This document shows positions 29,236 through 39,988 of a stretch of DNA of 64,000 nt, one piece after another. How positions within the stretch are numbered: position 1 is the stretch's first letter; the number at the start of each line of letters is the position of its first letter. The notes below the pieces were generated by a model. That model worked only from the letters and a program-made list of their open reading frames with translations, was not told the DNA's origin and did not search any database. The DNA lies in assembly GCA_000165345.1 (NCBI GenBank), contig CM000434.1, forward strand, positions 960,001-1,024,000, read 5' to 3'. A program made the position numbers and the translations under genes.

Positions 29236-29826
29236 CCTGATTTTCTTTACTCTTTACTTTTTTTTATAAAATAATTTTTAGCCATATATATTATTAACTT
29301 TTAATCTTTCCAATACATTTATTTATATTTTTCTAAACAAATACAATGCTTACTGCTTGTTTTTTCGTTATATCCTTCCTTTTATATAGTATCCTCTCTC
29401 CCCCTCCCAAATTCCCTCCTATATTAACTATCACTCATCCTTATATAGAATTATTTATCCTATAACTATTTAGACTGCATTTATTCGACAAATTATTTAA
29501 AAAAAAATAGAGCTTTGCTAATGTAAAATATGGTAAAAAAAACGTAATCCTGAAGACCAATCCTATTGATCACTTTTCTTAAATTAGTCGTTTTAAAATA
29601 ACAAAACAATCAAAACATACAAAATAAAAAAGATTTATGACTAACTTTGAAAAAAAAAATCATTTTTTACTAAACAATATCCAAAAATTTTCCCGCCTTT
29701 GCTATGAATTTTCTTATTAATCCTTGATTGTATAAATATAAATTATACAATTCTTAAAGAACTAATTCAAAAAATATTAATTAGTAAACTTTATTGTTAA
29801 TTATTATTTTGAGAGCTAGTTCTAGA

Positions 29827-31296
29827 ATGACAGTATTATATTCCTACATTTCTCTTTTATTCTTATTCTTACTCCAGTTTTCCTTTGGTTCTTCATTGAA
29901 ATCGAATCCTTTAGGAAACGAAAATAATTATCAAGCTTACTCAGATAGAAATCATTATTCTAGTAATAAGAAGGTGGGTCCAAAGGGAATTGTATCTCCC
30001 GGAGGGCTAGGTTCTAATCGTGCTAACTATAGTTATAATTCCCAAAGTGTTAATAATGGAGGAGCTTTATCGCACAGCCGAACAGTTCATTCTAGAAGTT
30101 CATTATCGCCTGGGAATCAGATTTTACTAACACAACCCAGTAGTTCTTATTCAACTTCGTCTCTAAATCCTTCTGTACAGTCCACTTTCTATAAATATTA
30201 TTTAGAATCTATTGGAAAAAGCCCCACTGCTCAAAGTAGTCAATATAACATATACGGACAAAGATTTTCTAATTACTCCCCATTAAATCCTCATCGTACA
30301 CCATTTTATGACTATTACTTAAGTTCCGTTGGTCAATCTTCCTATAGAAAAGATAGTGATCGTTCTTACGATAAAAATAAACAAAAACCTTTAACTAATT
30401 TGGGATATAATGATTCTAAGAAACAATGGAGAGAACAGAAATCTATTTATGGACAGACTCTCCCACATAAATCTCCTACTACTGATTTACAAATAATTAA
30501 TTCTAAAAGTAAACAATCTTTGAGATCCCAACAAGGCAGTACAACGAAAACTGAAACTTCTCATTCTGAAAAACCACATACTTCTGAATTGAAAGAAGTT
30601 ATTGAACGACTTTCAAATGAAACGTCTACTGTAAGAGGCCCAGTTATTGACAAACAACCATTAACTTTATCAGTTATTCTAATTGAAGAAGATTACCAGT
30701 CATTTAGACGTGTAAGTCGTTGTTGCATTTTAATTCAGGATTTTGTTGATATAGCATTAATGATAATTTCAAATATTGTAAAAACTTGGACTGGGAATTC
30801 TGAACTATTAGAGGAGATGTTAATTCAAGCAACCACAGCTTTTTCTATTCTTCACTCTTCATTATCTAGCTGTAAGACTAAGCTTTTGTCACTTGATCCA
30901 TCAAATAAGTTTGCATTATCTATAACTCATGGGCCGTACATTGACGAAGAAACTGTTAAACACTCTGAAAAAAGTTTGGATATTGAGGATGAGAAACAAT
31001 ATAAGACTGTGCTACGTTCAATTCGTAAAATCTCCTTCAAAGTTAATGAGAATTCAGATTTAATAACTAAAATTTTCAAACTAAAACAAATGGATCAGCA
31101 ATGCAAAGATTTTGGCATAAGTTCTTGCAGAAGAGCTCTTATAAATATTCTTAATATATATTCAAAGGTCTTGAAAGAAGAATTAGACAAGGCTCAGCTA
31201 GCTGCAGATATTTATACAGCAAATGAGATATTTGATGAATCAGCTCAGTCAGACTTTGATAAATATGTACTAAAAATTTCCGAATCATCCGATTAA
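29827..31296 (+). CDS. Secreted S/N/Y-rich protein with an N-terminal signal peptide. Function unknown.
   Basis: A hydrophobic N-terminus 'MTVLYSYISLLFLFLLQFSFGSS' follows the first ATG at about 29827. The N-terminal half is low-complexity S/N/Y/Q-rich and the C-terminal roughly 200 aa are non-repetitive. A TTTTCCCGCC E2F-like site lies at 29688..29697 upstream. Confidence 0.5.
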   Translation: MTVLYSYISLLFLFLLQFSFGSSLKSNPLGNENNYQAYSDRNHYSSNKKVGPKGIVSPGGLGSNRANYSYNSQSVNNGGALSHSRTVHSRSSLSPGNQILLTQPSSSYSTSSLNPSVQSTFYKYYLESIGKSPTAQSSQYNIYGQRFSNYSPLNPHRTPFYDYYLSSVGQSSYRKDSDRSYDKNKQKPLTNLGYNDSKKQWREQKSIYGQTLPHKSPTTDLQIINSKSKQSLRSQQGSTTKTETSHSEKPHTSELKEVIERLSNETSTVRGPVIDKQPLTLSVILIEEDYQSFRRVSRCCILIQDFVDIALMIISNIVKTWTGNSELLEEMLIQATTAFSILHSSLSSCKTKLLSLDPSNKFALSITHGPYIDEETVKHSEKSLDIEDEKQYKTVLRSIRKISFKVNENSDLITKIFKLKQMDQQCKDFGISSCRRALINILNIYSKVLKEELDKAQLAADIYTANEIFDESAQSDFDKYVLKISESSD

Positions 31297-33548
31297 TATA
31301 AGATCATTTGGTTTTGATTTGAAATTTTTTAATTGCTTGGAAGAAAACGCATTAATAAAGTCAGCAAAAATTTGAGACTTATACACAATTATTTCAATCA
31401 TAATCAATTGACATATCATTTATTCGGTCAATTTTATTGATTAATGCACGTTATAATCATTGTCATTACTTTGGATTTCTAGAATTGTCAGGGCCTATGC
31501 CGAAAAAACCACTATTATGGCGGGTAGTTAATAATTGGTGAATTATTTCCCTTTGTGCCACATTGATATTTAGGCGGTAAAGTGACAATTTATATTTTAA
31601 ATCTCGTTTTTATTGTAATTAATCGAGGGATTTTAAATGACAGATTTTCTATTACTATTGTAATTGATTATATTAACTACCTTATAATTTAGGTATTTAG
31701 TTTAGGCATTCGGATTTGAATGCTTTTTTTATGCTATATTCGCCGTTAAAGTGTGGCTGTGCAAGTATTTTCTGAGTATTGTTTAGAACTTAGACTTAGG
31801 TTGCGTGTTTAGTGTAGATTATTATCATTCTTAATGGGGGGTAATTTTAATTTACAGTCTAGTAAAAGCTTCGTTTTAGAGTCAAATTCAATATTATTGA
31901 AATTGTACATTATACTTGAAACCAAGATAGTTGATTTGCAAATTTATTCTCTACTACCGAATATTCCACTATTAGTTTTAGACCCACTAATATAGACGTT
32001 GGTTTTGAATTAAATAACTTAGATTTATTGAAATTGAGGAGAATATTTCCGATTAAGCATTATATTATTTTTATGATAAATTTGTTTCTAAGAGTGAAAA
32101 GATATGTATGTTATTAAATAATAATAAACCCTTAAAATAAGAATTATAATCGTAATTGCATCAATATATATTGCAATAATAAAAGTGTAAGACTAATTTT
32201 TAATTATTAGCTTACCAGTACTTTTTAATCAAGGCTGTTTATTTTATTTGATTTTTTTTTTTTTTTTTTTTAAGTTTAAATCACTCATTGCATTCCACCA
32301 GACTTAGATGAAGGTAGAATAGGAGACAATTTGTAATAAAGAAAATATTAATGTATTTATTTTTATATGTTCAAGAAACCTTTATTAGTTTGGTTTTAGT
32401 TAATGTTTAAGCCATTGAGATTTTGCTAATTGTGTAATTACTTTTTCAAAAAAAAAGTGAAATAGTATAAAAGCATATGAATGGGAGAATGAATAAAAAG
32501 TTTCTTGATATAACTTTTAAAGTAAAACTTCATTAAAATAGTTGAACAAAAGATTAACACAAGTATAAAAGATAAAATTTGGGTGAATAATTAGAAGATT
32601 TTATTTTTGCAGAAAAAAAAAGATGAATGATTTACTATTAATTTTTGCTTAAGCAATAAAATTCAATTATAAGAAGGAAGATCTACTAAAATTTTTGAAT
32701 ATATTCTTAATATTTATGCAGTCCATTATTAAGAAAATCAAATATGAAACATTAATTTTTAAATTTTGATTTAGTTTGAAATGAAACTTGATGTTAATTT
32801 CTTTCAGAAATAAAATTTAAAAGCTTCTCATAAGAGTATCTTTGAAGAAGTATTTTCATTTTTATTAAGTAGCATCTGGAAAATAAGAAATTCTCATTTT
32901 TTTTTTGTATATATCATACATTTTAAAACTTAATTTTTCTATTTTCTCATTTTACCGCCATAATCAGAAATACATGTTATTCCTTTTTTCTATTAAAAAA
33001 TTGGTTTCTTGCTAGTAATTCTTTTTTAATAGTTTTATACTCCTTTTCATTAAAGATTAAGTTTTAAATTATTTCTAAATCAGTAAATTTTTTTTTCTTT
33101 GTTCTCATTTCTTTCAGAATTATACTAATTTGTTAGTATTTGACAACTCAAACAGGCGGGCTGCCTTGCATGCATTTAATTTGTATTGAGTTTTTTTGCA
33201 TCTGATTTTTTCCCCACATTGTACACGTAAGCGATTTCAATTACGTGTTTTTGCGGTAATTAAAATAATAACTATATGCCGGCATTTACATGCCAAATAA
33301 TTTTAAAAAGAAGTGTAGGATTGCATGTGGATGCATGCGAGTAGAATTAGCTGGTGAATAACAAGGAGAGTGCATTAATTAATTTTTGATATGAAAACTT
33401 AGAAGGTGGAAGAAGAGATAAAGTTGAATATATTAATTTTTAGATAGGGTATAAATGTATATTTATATATATTTATATTTTTAATTGACAGTAATGTTTT
33501 AGAGTTGAGCAGATAAGAATCCCATATTATTGCTAAAAGGTGTAATAA

Positions 33549-35109
33549 ATGTTGAACTGGATACATCTGCAAAAGAATTCATCAACTAATCTGGGAGCAG
33601 ATTATGATGATGATGGTAATTATTGCATAAATAATGATAATAAAAGTAATAATATAAGTGATAGTAATGGAATAATAAGTAAGATAGGCAAAAGCATTAT
33701 CGGCAACAATGTTGAAAAAGAGAAAAATAACTTAGAAAATGAAGAATACGAAAAAGTGAAAAGAAAGTTCTTGCAAGTTTGCAATGAAATTAACGTAAAT
33801 ATAATTAAATTAATAAATAGTGTATTAGTTAAAGACGAAGATAATATAGAAAAGTTAGAAAAAAGAGATGAAAGAGAAAAAATTTTTGAGAAAGTTATAA
33901 GTTATAGAAAAGACTTTAATAATATCTTTAGCACTGAAAAGAAGGAATTGAGTTTGAGAGGACCATTGGACGAAATTAAATTTATATTTCTTGATTTGGT
34001 GGATAAACAAGAAAAAGAATTGAATTTGTGGTTAAATGATAGGAATCAACAAAAAATGGAATGGAATGAAAGAGTTGAACGTATTTATAAACAAATATTC
34101 ACTTTATCTGAAATTTTCTGTGATTCTTTACTTCTAAACATAACATGTGTACTAGGATATGTTTCAATGGAAGAGCACTCTTTATGGGTAAGCATAATTT
34201 CTTTGCTTATTGTATTTGAAATAAGAAGTTGTCAGCATACAGTTTTATTAAAAGAAAATGAATTAATTAATGAAATTGATCAAGAAAATTTTGTAATACT
34301 TGAATGGCTTAATAAAAATTGTGATGAATTTTTTTCATTATTACTTAAACAATACTCAATAATTCCAATCACATATAAAATTGGAGAAGTACTTAGAGAT
34401 ATATCTACTATATTAAATCTTGCACAAGGTCCAGGAATTGTTGATAAACAAAATAATAAAACTTTCCCAATCTCAGAATCATTCAAGAATAAAAGTAATG
34501 AAATTGCAGAACATTTAATATATAAACAAGAAATCTTCACCAATTTAATTAAATTATCAGGAAATCAATGTTTTGACATATCTTCTGATTCTATTTCAAC
34601 TTTAAGGTGTTATTTATTTGTTTCACCTAAAATTACGAATGAATACATATTAAAGAATCAACAAGATTTTTTTTCAAATATATTCAAAATTCTAATCCAA
34701 TCAACTGAATATGTACCACAAAGGCATGGTTTAAGATTGTTAAATCAGTTATTATCATTAAAAGAACTCTCAAAAGTAATGACAGCATTTTCAAGTAACT
34801 GTGAATATCTCAAAATTTTTATGAATTTGATCACATCTCACTTAAATACTACTTCATTCGAAGCATTTCATATTTTTAAGCTTTTTGTTGCAAATCCCAA
34901 TAAATCACCAGGAATTCAAAAGATTTTATTTAAAAATAAAGATAAAATAGTTGAATTCCTAATTCATTTCCAAACTTCCAGAACTGATCCACAATTCATT
35001 TCAGATAAACAGGTAAGTCACTTACTTCACACATCAATTATTTTGCTAATAATAACCTTCTATTATTTCAGTTTGTAATTAATAAAATTAAAGATTTAAA
35101 AGCAATCTA
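33549..35109 (+). CDS. MO25: Mo25/CAB39-family scaffold protein, two exons: 33549..35011 and 35071..35109; 59-nt intron 35012..35070.
   Basis: Mo25-family C-terminal armadillo-like region 'FEAFHIFKLFVANPNKSPGIQKILFKNKDKIVEFLIHFQTSRTDPQFISDKQ' (human CAB39: [52 protein letters not shown]). Splicing GTAAGT...TATTATTTCAG in phase 0 adds 'FVINKIKDLKAI*', matching the conserved Mo25 end 'YLVKQIRDLK'. Without splicing the ORF ends in a hydrophobic 'VSHLLHTSIILLIITFYYFSL'. Confidence 0.75.
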
Positions 35110-35255
35110 AAATAATTCCTATTTTATATAACCATTTTTGCACATTTTGGCGCCAAAATGTCACAGTGGGGAAGTCTGCGGTATTGCAAGAAATTACTAA
35201 AATAAAGAATTATACAAAAAAAGAAGTTTGTATTTGAAGTGATTATATTGACTTT

Positions 35256-38099
35256 ATGAGCACTTATAGTGTTTTTGAGCTTGGGAAACTGGATGAGAAG
35301 GATTTTTCTGCAATAGCATGGTTGAATAATGCATTAAGACGAAGAAATGTAACAGAAAATGGACGTCAATTGGAAGAAGAACTTCTTACAATTTCTCAAT
35401 CATGTATGTATACAATTACTGATTATAATGAACAAATTGAAACAAATATGGATGAAATAAATAACTTAATGACTAGTTTTATTTCTAAAAAAGAAGAAAA
35501 TAATAGAATTTGCAAAGAACTTAATTCAAAGATCAGTGAATTTTCTAATTTATTAATTTTAAATGAAGAAAAATACCTTAATAACAATAATATTGAAAAT
35601 ATATTATCTCTTTTTGAAAAGAAAGAAAAGCTTGAAACTGTTTCACAGATTCTAACAAATAACAGCAAATTTGAATTATTATTCAATGAAATTGAAAGTG
35701 TTCTAAATGACAAAGATACATTCTTATTATTAATTAAAGAACAAGGTCAAGATTTTCATGATATTATTAATAAGGTTTACTCTTTGAGACTTCTAGTCAG
35801 CAGTTTGGAATCAATACCAGAATTCTCTGCTAGAATAGAACGTTATAAAAGTCTTGAAAATACTATACTTAATATATTGGATGATTTCTTTCAAAGTAAA
35901 TTTACTAATGAAACTATTGAAGAAAATACTACTAATGAATTAATTCTAGTTTATTTCAAATTTGGTCATGAAACAAGATTATATAAGAAAACTATGAATA
36001 TTATTAATGAACAAATAGAACAGGTTTGGAAACTTTTATGGTCTTTAACTACTTTTGGATCACAAAATAAAGCATCAGAAATCGATCAATTTAAAAAAAT
36101 GGGCAAAAAAACAAATCAAAATGAAAAACATTCTTCTATTATCTTTCTTCCAGCTATTGAAGATTTAGAATCTGCCTATATTACACAAGATATATTCAGA
36201 ATTAGAGAAGATGAAGCTATTTCTAGATTCTTTTCATGGTTTTCTGAACTTATATGTTCAAGAAATCATATTATTGATCCAATATTATCAAGTAATCATA
36301 CTGCTATTACTATTTCAGAAGTTATCCAATCTATTATTCAGAAATTACTTGGAGTTTGTATTCCAGATATAAAAGAATTTATCAATATTGTAGTTAACTC
36401 AATCACAAGCTCTAAATTTATTTTTCCTGAAAATAATTCAGAAAGCTTTGAAATGGATTCAGATTCTATATTTGAAATGAATCATGATACAATATCAACA
36501 ATTGACGTTAAAGAAATTCGAACAATATGTGAAAGAATATGTAAATCAATCATTAATGGATTAGAACTTGTAATTATTCCTGATTTAAATAAACAAGGAA
36601 TATCAAATTTTATATCAAATCATTTGAATCAAGATCATCTTACTCATATTTCTGATATATTATTAATTAAAGGAAATTTTATACAATCACTTTTGCTTTG
36701 TGATATAGCATGGATTTTCCAAAGTATGAAAAACATTTCATCTAACTTAAAAACATTAATTATTAATCAGTCACCTGTTTCAGAGTATTCATCAGAAATT
36801 GAGTCTAAAAGTTCAATTTTAGTTGAAAGAATTGGAGTGTTACTTTCAAATGAAAGATTTGGTGATTATACACAACTTACTTTAATTCCTTTAGAAAATT
36901 ATATCATTTTCTTTATCTCAATTATTGATTACTCACTCAGATTTTTCCTTGAAAATGATTTAATTTACTTATTAAATCCTATTCAAAGTTCAGTTAGAAC
37001 TGAAACATTAAATTTGATTAAAAGTATTGAGAAGAAACAAAAGAATTCAAATCTGTTATTAACATCAGCTAATGTATTGGATAAAGATTTACTTTCATCA
37101 TGTTTTGCTTTTCATTTTTCATTAATGAAAACCAGAAAGATTTTTTATGATTTATTACAGACTTTAATAGTTCGTTGTAAATCAATATATTCTTCTTCAA
37201 CTGAATCAGAATCTCTTTTATCAAAGATATTTCATGATCAAATATGTTTTAATCAATATTCAATATTTCAAAGAATTCAAGAAACTATATCAGAATCTTT
37301 ATCTATTGAAATTCAAGCTATTCTTACTGGTCAAGAATCTTCTTTAAATCAGTCTAATTTTTTTGATAAATTTGGATCACAAATATTAATTTCTCAGATA
37401 CTCTCAGATTCTATTGATATTATTTCCCAATGTTGTTCATATCCAACTTTAGCATTTTTTGAAGGATATAACCGTCTTAATTCTTGGAGTAAAGAAAACA
37501 TTAATATTATTAAAGAAATTCATAATTTAAAAGATTCTAATGCACAATGTTTAGAAGAAGCTATAATATCCATTATCGAGAATTCAAGTATTCAACCATG
37601 TAGTTCTATTGTTTCTATTGGAGAATATTTATTAAATATTGTTGTAACTTTAGAATCTACATGTAATAATAATCCAGAGATGCAAAATCAAATAGAATCT
37701 GAAAATCTCATTCCAGAACTTGTTAAAAAGGTATCATATATTGTTGAAGATACATATAGACGTCAAATATTTGAAATTGAATACTTAAGTAAGCAAGGAT
37801 GCTTACAATTATATGTTGATTCTAAATATATTTTGAATATATTTGAGATACTTTTACTATATCATAAAAATCCTGAATTAGATAATTCTAATACTCAAAA
37901 AAAATTACAATCTGAAGAAATTATTCAAGATCATAAACAAAACAATAATGAGGTACCTGTTGGTAATGAAATTGTGTCTCTTAATAATGCTTTATTTATG
38001 ATCATCTCAAATACAACAATAGAATCTTCATCAAACAACAATCTTTTAGAATGGTATAATTCTTTGAAACAAAAGATAAAAAATACCGTCCAAGAATAA
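35256..38099 (+). CDS. Hypothetical 947-aa protein, I/N/S-rich and non-repetitive.
   Basis: ATG at 35256. Upstream motifs: TTGGCGCCAA at 35147..35156 and GCGGTATTGCAAGAAA at 35177..35192. I see no confident family signature. Confidence 0.5.
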   Translation: MSTYSVFELGKLDEKDFSAIAWLNNALRRRNVTENGRQLEEELLTISQSCMYTITDYNEQIETNMDEINNLMTSFISKKEENNRICKELNSKISEFSNLLILNEEKYLNNNNIENILSLFEKKEKLETVSQILTNNSKFELLFNEIESVLNDKDTFLLLIKEQGQDFHDIINKVYSLRLLVSSLESIPEFSARIERYKSLENTILNILDDFFQSKFTNETIEENTTNELILVYFKFGHETRLYKKTMNIINEQIEQVWKLLWSLTTFGSQNKASEIDQFKKMGKKTNQNEKHSSIIFLPAIEDLESAYITQDIFRIREDEAISRFFSWFSELICSRNHIIDPILSSNHTAITISEVIQSIIQKLLGVCIPDIKEFINIVVNSITSSKFIFPENNSESFEMDSDSIFEMNHDTISTIDVKEIRTICERICKSIINGLELVIIPDLNKQGISNFISNHLNQDHLTHISDILLIKGNFIQSLLLCDIAWIFQSMKNISSNLKTLIINQSPVSEYSSEIESKSSILVERIGVLLSNERFGDYTQLTLIPLENYIIFFISIIDYSLRFFLENDLIYLLNPIQSSVRTETLNLIKSIEKKQKNSNLLLTSANVLDKDLLSSCFAFHFSLMKTRKIFYDLLQTLIVRCKSIYSSSTESESLLSKIFHDQICFNQYSIFQRIQETISESLSIEIQAILTGQESSLNQSNFFDKFGSQILISQILSDSIDIISQCCSYPTLAFFEGYNRLNSWSKENINIIKEIHNLKDSNAQCLEEAIISIIENSSIQPCSSIVSIGEYLLNIVVTLESTCNNNPEMQNQIESENLIPELVKKVSYIVEDTYRRQIFEIEYLSKQGCLQLYVDSKYILNIFEILLLYHKNPELDNSNTQKKLQSEEIIQDHKQNNNEVPVGNEIVSLNNALFMIISNTTIESSSNNNLLEWYNSLKQKIKNTVQE

Positions 38100-38189
38100 C
38101 TTTTAAGAATTGATAAACATTATAAAGTAATAACTATATTAATCAAGAAAGATCATCATACCTATTATCATTATTTTAATAATAATATA

Positions 38190-38921
38190 TTAAATAATAA
38201 ATTTCTGTCTATTTTGTATCTTATTTCTGAATTCATCATGTGCTTTTTCCCAAGCTTGAAGAAATTTTTTATTTCTTTCTTCTTTATTAGATGATGTAAA
38301 CCTATTAAACTTTGAAATATCTGTCTCGATACTCCCTTTAAAAATTCTTTTCCACCATAATCTAATACTTGTATTCAATTCTTTCTTTTCTAATTCTAAT
38401 ACTAACATTTTATTAATTATTCTCTTATTTTGAACTTTATCAAATGATTCTACATCTTTAATTGACCAAAATATTGTATTATCATCATATTTTACTTCAT
38501 ATTCAAATTTTTCAAATAGTATTGTCTCTAATCCATACATTATTGTAATACTGTTCTCTGTTACATTTATTTTGAAATCCTTACTTTGCATTTCTGGACT
38601 AATTTCTATCACTATTGTCAAATCATTTTCTGTCTGAGTCCAATAATAACTTTTTCCATTCTTAGATTTCCCCCCAAACACGTAATCGTTTAAAGATGAT
38701 ATCTTCTCCCGTGATACGTGTCCAGGTTCTATTTTTTTTAATTCGTCCACTGTTACATTAGACTTTACCTTATTATCTTCTTCACTTTCTATTTGACCTC
38801 CAATAGTAATTGAGTGAGGAGAGTCAAATCTAGTCACATTACACCTTGAACCAAACTTTTCTGACTCTTCGTCACTGCTAATTTCTATTTTATCCCATTT
38901 TGAATAGTCAATCCCTGACAT
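38190..38921 (-). CDS. CS (p23/HSP20-like) domain protein with a Cdc37/SGS-like acidic N-terminal motif; a putative Hsp90 co-chaperone-type protein.
   Basis: The N-terminus 'MSGIDYSKWDKIEISSDEESE' resembles the Cdc37 N-terminus and the SGS-domain 'DYSxWDxIExSDDE' motif. The central 'YYWTQTENDLTIVIEISPEMQSKDFKINVTENSITIMYG' has the typical CS-domain beta-sandwich pattern. Confidence 0.5.
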   Translation of the reverse strand: MSGIDYSKWDKIEISSDEESEKFGSRCNVTRFDSPHSITIGGQIESEEDNKVKSNVTVDELKKIEPGHVSREKISSLNDYVFGGKSKNGKSYYWTQTENDLTIVIEISPEMQSKDFKINVTENSITIMYGLETILFEKFEYEVKYDDNTIFWSIKDVESFDKVQNKRIINKMLVLELEKKELNTSIRLWWKRIFKGSIETDISKFNRFTSSNKEERNKKFLQAWEKAHDEFRNKIQNRQKFII

Positions 38922-38952
38922 CCTTCGGTATTCTATAATTTGTCAGCTGTTC

Positions 38953-38990
38953 ATGGCGCCAGAAAGTCGCATGACTTTGGCGCCAATACC
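38953..38990. promoter_or_regulatory. Near-perfect palindrome carrying two inverted E2F-like GGCGCC sites in the bidirectional promoter of the CS-domain gene (minus) and GPN3 (plus).
   Basis: 'ggcgccagaaagtc gcat gactttggcgcc': the left arm is the reverse complement of the right arm with one extra base. Confidence 0.55.
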
Positions 38991-39184
38991 AATCTGACTA
39001 TAAATAAGGGTAAAGGAAAAGTAAAGTTGAAAGAAAAGTGGAAAAAGAGAGTTTTGGAGGATTGAATGTGTATAAATTCTAATATTTTCAATAAAGGTTG
39101 AGGGAAGAAATCTAACAAGAGATCTTACTTTTTTTCTTCTTGCTATTTTAGAATTTAATAAGACTAATTAGTCTTTAAATAGCT

Positions 39185-39988
39185 ATGAGATTCGCTCAAC
39201 TTGTGGTAGGTCCAGCAGGATCAGGAAAATCAACATACTGCTCTACCATCCAAAAACATTGTGAAGTTATTGGCAGAACATGCCATGTAGTTAACCTGGA
39301 TCCAGCTGCAGAACACTTTAACTACGTATCTCAATTAGATATACGAGATTTAATTTCATTGAATGATGTAATGGAAGAGATTCATCTGGGTCCAAATGGA
39401 GGCCAAGTATTTGCTATGGAATACTTTATAGAGAATTTGGACTGGCTAGAAGAACAACTAAATAAGAATTTTGGTGATAATGACTATGTACTGTTTGATT
39501 GTCCTGGGCAAATCGAACTATTTACTCATCTTCCAGTAATGAGAATTCTAGTGACAGCATTGCAAAGATGGGATTTCAGGATTTGTGGTGTTTATTGTTT
39601 AGATGTTGGGTTTCTTACGGATGCAAGTAAGTTTGTAGCAGGATCTGTCTCAGCATTAAGTACAATGATACAACTTGAAATACCACATGTAAATGTTATT
39701 ACAAAATGTGATATAGTCCAGGATGAGAATCTTGTTTCTAGTTTCCTTCAAAAGGATTCTCTTACTCTAATTAGTGATCTTGAAAAGGTGACTCCAAGTC
39801 ATATAATGCCTTTAAATGTTGCTCTAGCCAATCTTCTTGAAGATTATAGCATTGTTTCTTATGTTCCTCTAAAGCCTGATGATGAGGACTCTGTATCAAA
39901 TGTACTATTAAGTATTGATATGAATCTTCAATTCCACGAAGAGCAAGATCCAACCATGAACTTTGATATTAATGGTGATGAATATTAG
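39185..39988 (+). CDS. GPN3: GPN-loop GTPase 3 (GPN3).
   Basis: '[47 protein letters not shown]' carries the GPN motif in '[15 protein letters not shown]'. '[20 protein letters not shown]' aligns closely to human GPN3 ([23 protein letters not shown]...[12 protein letters not shown]...GPNGGLVFCMEYF...[16 protein letters not shown]). Confidence 0.85.
   Translation: [267 protein letters not shown]

Noticed and set aside
31297-33548. Searched the two long spacers (20.3-22.1 kb, 31.3-33.5 kb) and all intergenic regions for tRNA-like T-loop/acceptor patterns and for rRNA.
   Set aside because: No GGTTCGAATCC-type T-arm with a matching acceptor stem, nor any rRNA-like conserved block, was recognisable by eye. 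I cannot exclude small ncRNAs without a covariance-model scan.
33549-35078. The unspliced 509-aa version of the Mo25 ORF ending in …QVSHLLHTSIILLIITFYYFSL.
   Set aside because: The hydrophobic tail is unlike any Mo25 protein. A canonical 59-nt intron (GTAAGT…TTTCAG, phase 0) gives the conserved '…KQFVINKIKDLKAI' end instead.
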